A DNA stretch of 63,170 nt, counting the filler, from Octopus bimaculoides (taxonomy: Eukaryota): the NCBI RefSeq assembly GCF_001194135.2. It is 8 parts of 8 records of this genome, joined end to end, with 100 filler letters (N's around TTAATTAATTAA, not from the genome) between each part and the next. Parts side by side here need not be neighbours in the genome. Positions count along the whole stretch, not along the records: positions 52,763 to 61,984 come from NC_068989.1; positions 62,085 to 63,170 come from NW_026420953.1; 6 more parts are not named here. One strand, written 5' to 3'. Positions 61,775 to 63,170 of the stretch are shown one piece after another. The notes below the pieces were generated by a model. The model was given only the letters and a program-made list of their open reading frames with translations. It made no database searches and had not been told where the DNA came from. Position 1 is the stretch's first letter, and each line of letters opens with the position of its first letter. The position numbers and the translations under genes were made by a program.

Positions 61775-63170
61775 TTAGTTCAAAATAGCATTCTGTATAC
61801 CTTAACACGGATATACTGCAGAAAGCCAGAAAACTACGGCACGCGTCTCAAGAAAGCTTCATGTATAACATGTGTAGTGCTAAAAAGTAAAGAAGCTCAT
61901 CAGTTGCAAGAGAAATGATTCCAACAGCAACAGAGGAATTGCTAAATGTAGATTAATAACAAGTATCCACTTGCAACCGTGTGCNNNNNNNNNNNNNNNN
62001 NNNNNNNNNNNNNNNNNNNNNNNNNNNNTTAATTAATTAANNNNNNNNNNNNNNNNNNNNNNNNNNNNNNNNNNNNNNNNNNNNATATATATATATATGT
62101 ATGTGTCTTGTGCATAAAGTATATAAAGTATATATATTTATAAAGTGCATTAAGTAATCATCGTATTCCAATTTTTTTCACTTTTCATTGATTAGCAGAT
62201 GAGCAATTATTTTTAGATGCAGCCACAACACAGGATACATTTTTCGGTTTTTTGGCTAAAGTTTTCACAAATGACCCAATAAGTTTACCATTAATTCCAT
62301 CCTATATTCACAGGTCTCGCTAGTATAATATAAATATATTCTATGACAGTCATTGTCATAGCGGAAAATTGAAAGCCTCCATACGATAACTATCAACACT
62401 GTACAACAGAATATTGTCATGGTCCGTGAGGAAATTAGTAGACATAGATATGTAAAAAAAACAAACAAAAAAAACAAAACAAATTCCGTATTATATATCA
62501 TGAGAAGCTTGCAGCAAGAAAGAAAATCGCAGATCTCGTTTAGTGTATAACCATTATTATTTACAAAACATCGAAAATGACCGTTGAGAAGAACGAAAAT
62601 TATACACCAACGCATAATACTAAAAGCCATAATTACGTTGTAGGACTTGTGGAACATTGCAGGTCTTAAAGATTTCAGTGAAATTATAACCGCCATTTTT
62701 CGAGTTTTAAAGTATCACCTTCATAAATCAGGTGATGTCTTTGCGTAGGAAGTGCGGTCATTGAGAAACGTTTCTGTGTTTATGAGTTCAATGACTGAAA
62801 CATGAATATAAGATCATTTACGTAGGCAAACTAGTGTCTCCGCTGCACGCAACTTTAAAAATATATGCTGATAATAACTATTACTATCTACCTGGATAAA
62901 TACGCACACACATACAAATACATCCATACACACACACATATATATATCTATCTATATGTATACAAGTATATATGCATATATATATATATACACGCAAATA
63001 CGATACATATATATGTGTAATATATACGTATATATACATACGCGCAAACACACGCACACACATACAAACATACATGCACATACATACGCACACAAACATA
63101 CACACATGGATAGATACATCCATACCGACACACACGCACTTATATATGTATAACTATACACAAATATATA

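Noticed and set aside
7187-62040. Recurrent TTAATTAATTAA palindrome (7 times) as a biological motif or CRISPR-like repeat
   Set aside because: Always embedded in N blocks and has stops in six frames: an assembly linker.
8077-63161. Dozens of long ORFs in the track with X-runs or poly-Y/H/T/CV/YI/SIYL peptides
   Set aside because: They are translations of N-gaps and microsatellites, not genes.

Overview
AT-rich, gap-ridden eukaryotic draft DNA dominated by microsatellites and transposon debris. The repeat landscape looks like an octopod cephalopod (inference from recalled repeat families; not verified). The only host gene I can support is a plus-strand TRPA1-like ankyrin/TRP channel: four phase-compatible GT-AG exons at 52988-53154, 55930-56014, 57140-57199 and 61062-61142. 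They encode the last ankyrin repeat and the linker/pre-S1 region. Ungapped alignment to human TRPA1 (from memory) shows C641 and C651 kept, but the electrophile-sensor positions C621, C665 and K671 replaced. No upstream ankyrin exons were recognisable in the preceding ~52 kb. The rest comprises at least four SINE families, RTE/CR1/L1-Tx1-like LINE fragments, Penelope-like (GIY-YIG) fragments, Tc1/mariner, hAT- and piggyBac-like MITEs, and artificial TTAATTAATTAA scaffold linkers. The most notable non-coding signals are three minimal hammerhead-ribozyme-like motifs of the Penelope type (all + strand, all with core lesions, one inside a TRPA intron), an RTE insertion with a twin-priming-type 5' inversion, and a perfect 40-bp inverted repeat in a TRPA intron. 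Most ORFs in the supplied track are artefacts of N-runs and microsatellites. Coordinates of degenerate repeats are approximate; exon, TIR and ribozyme coordinates were counted base by base.
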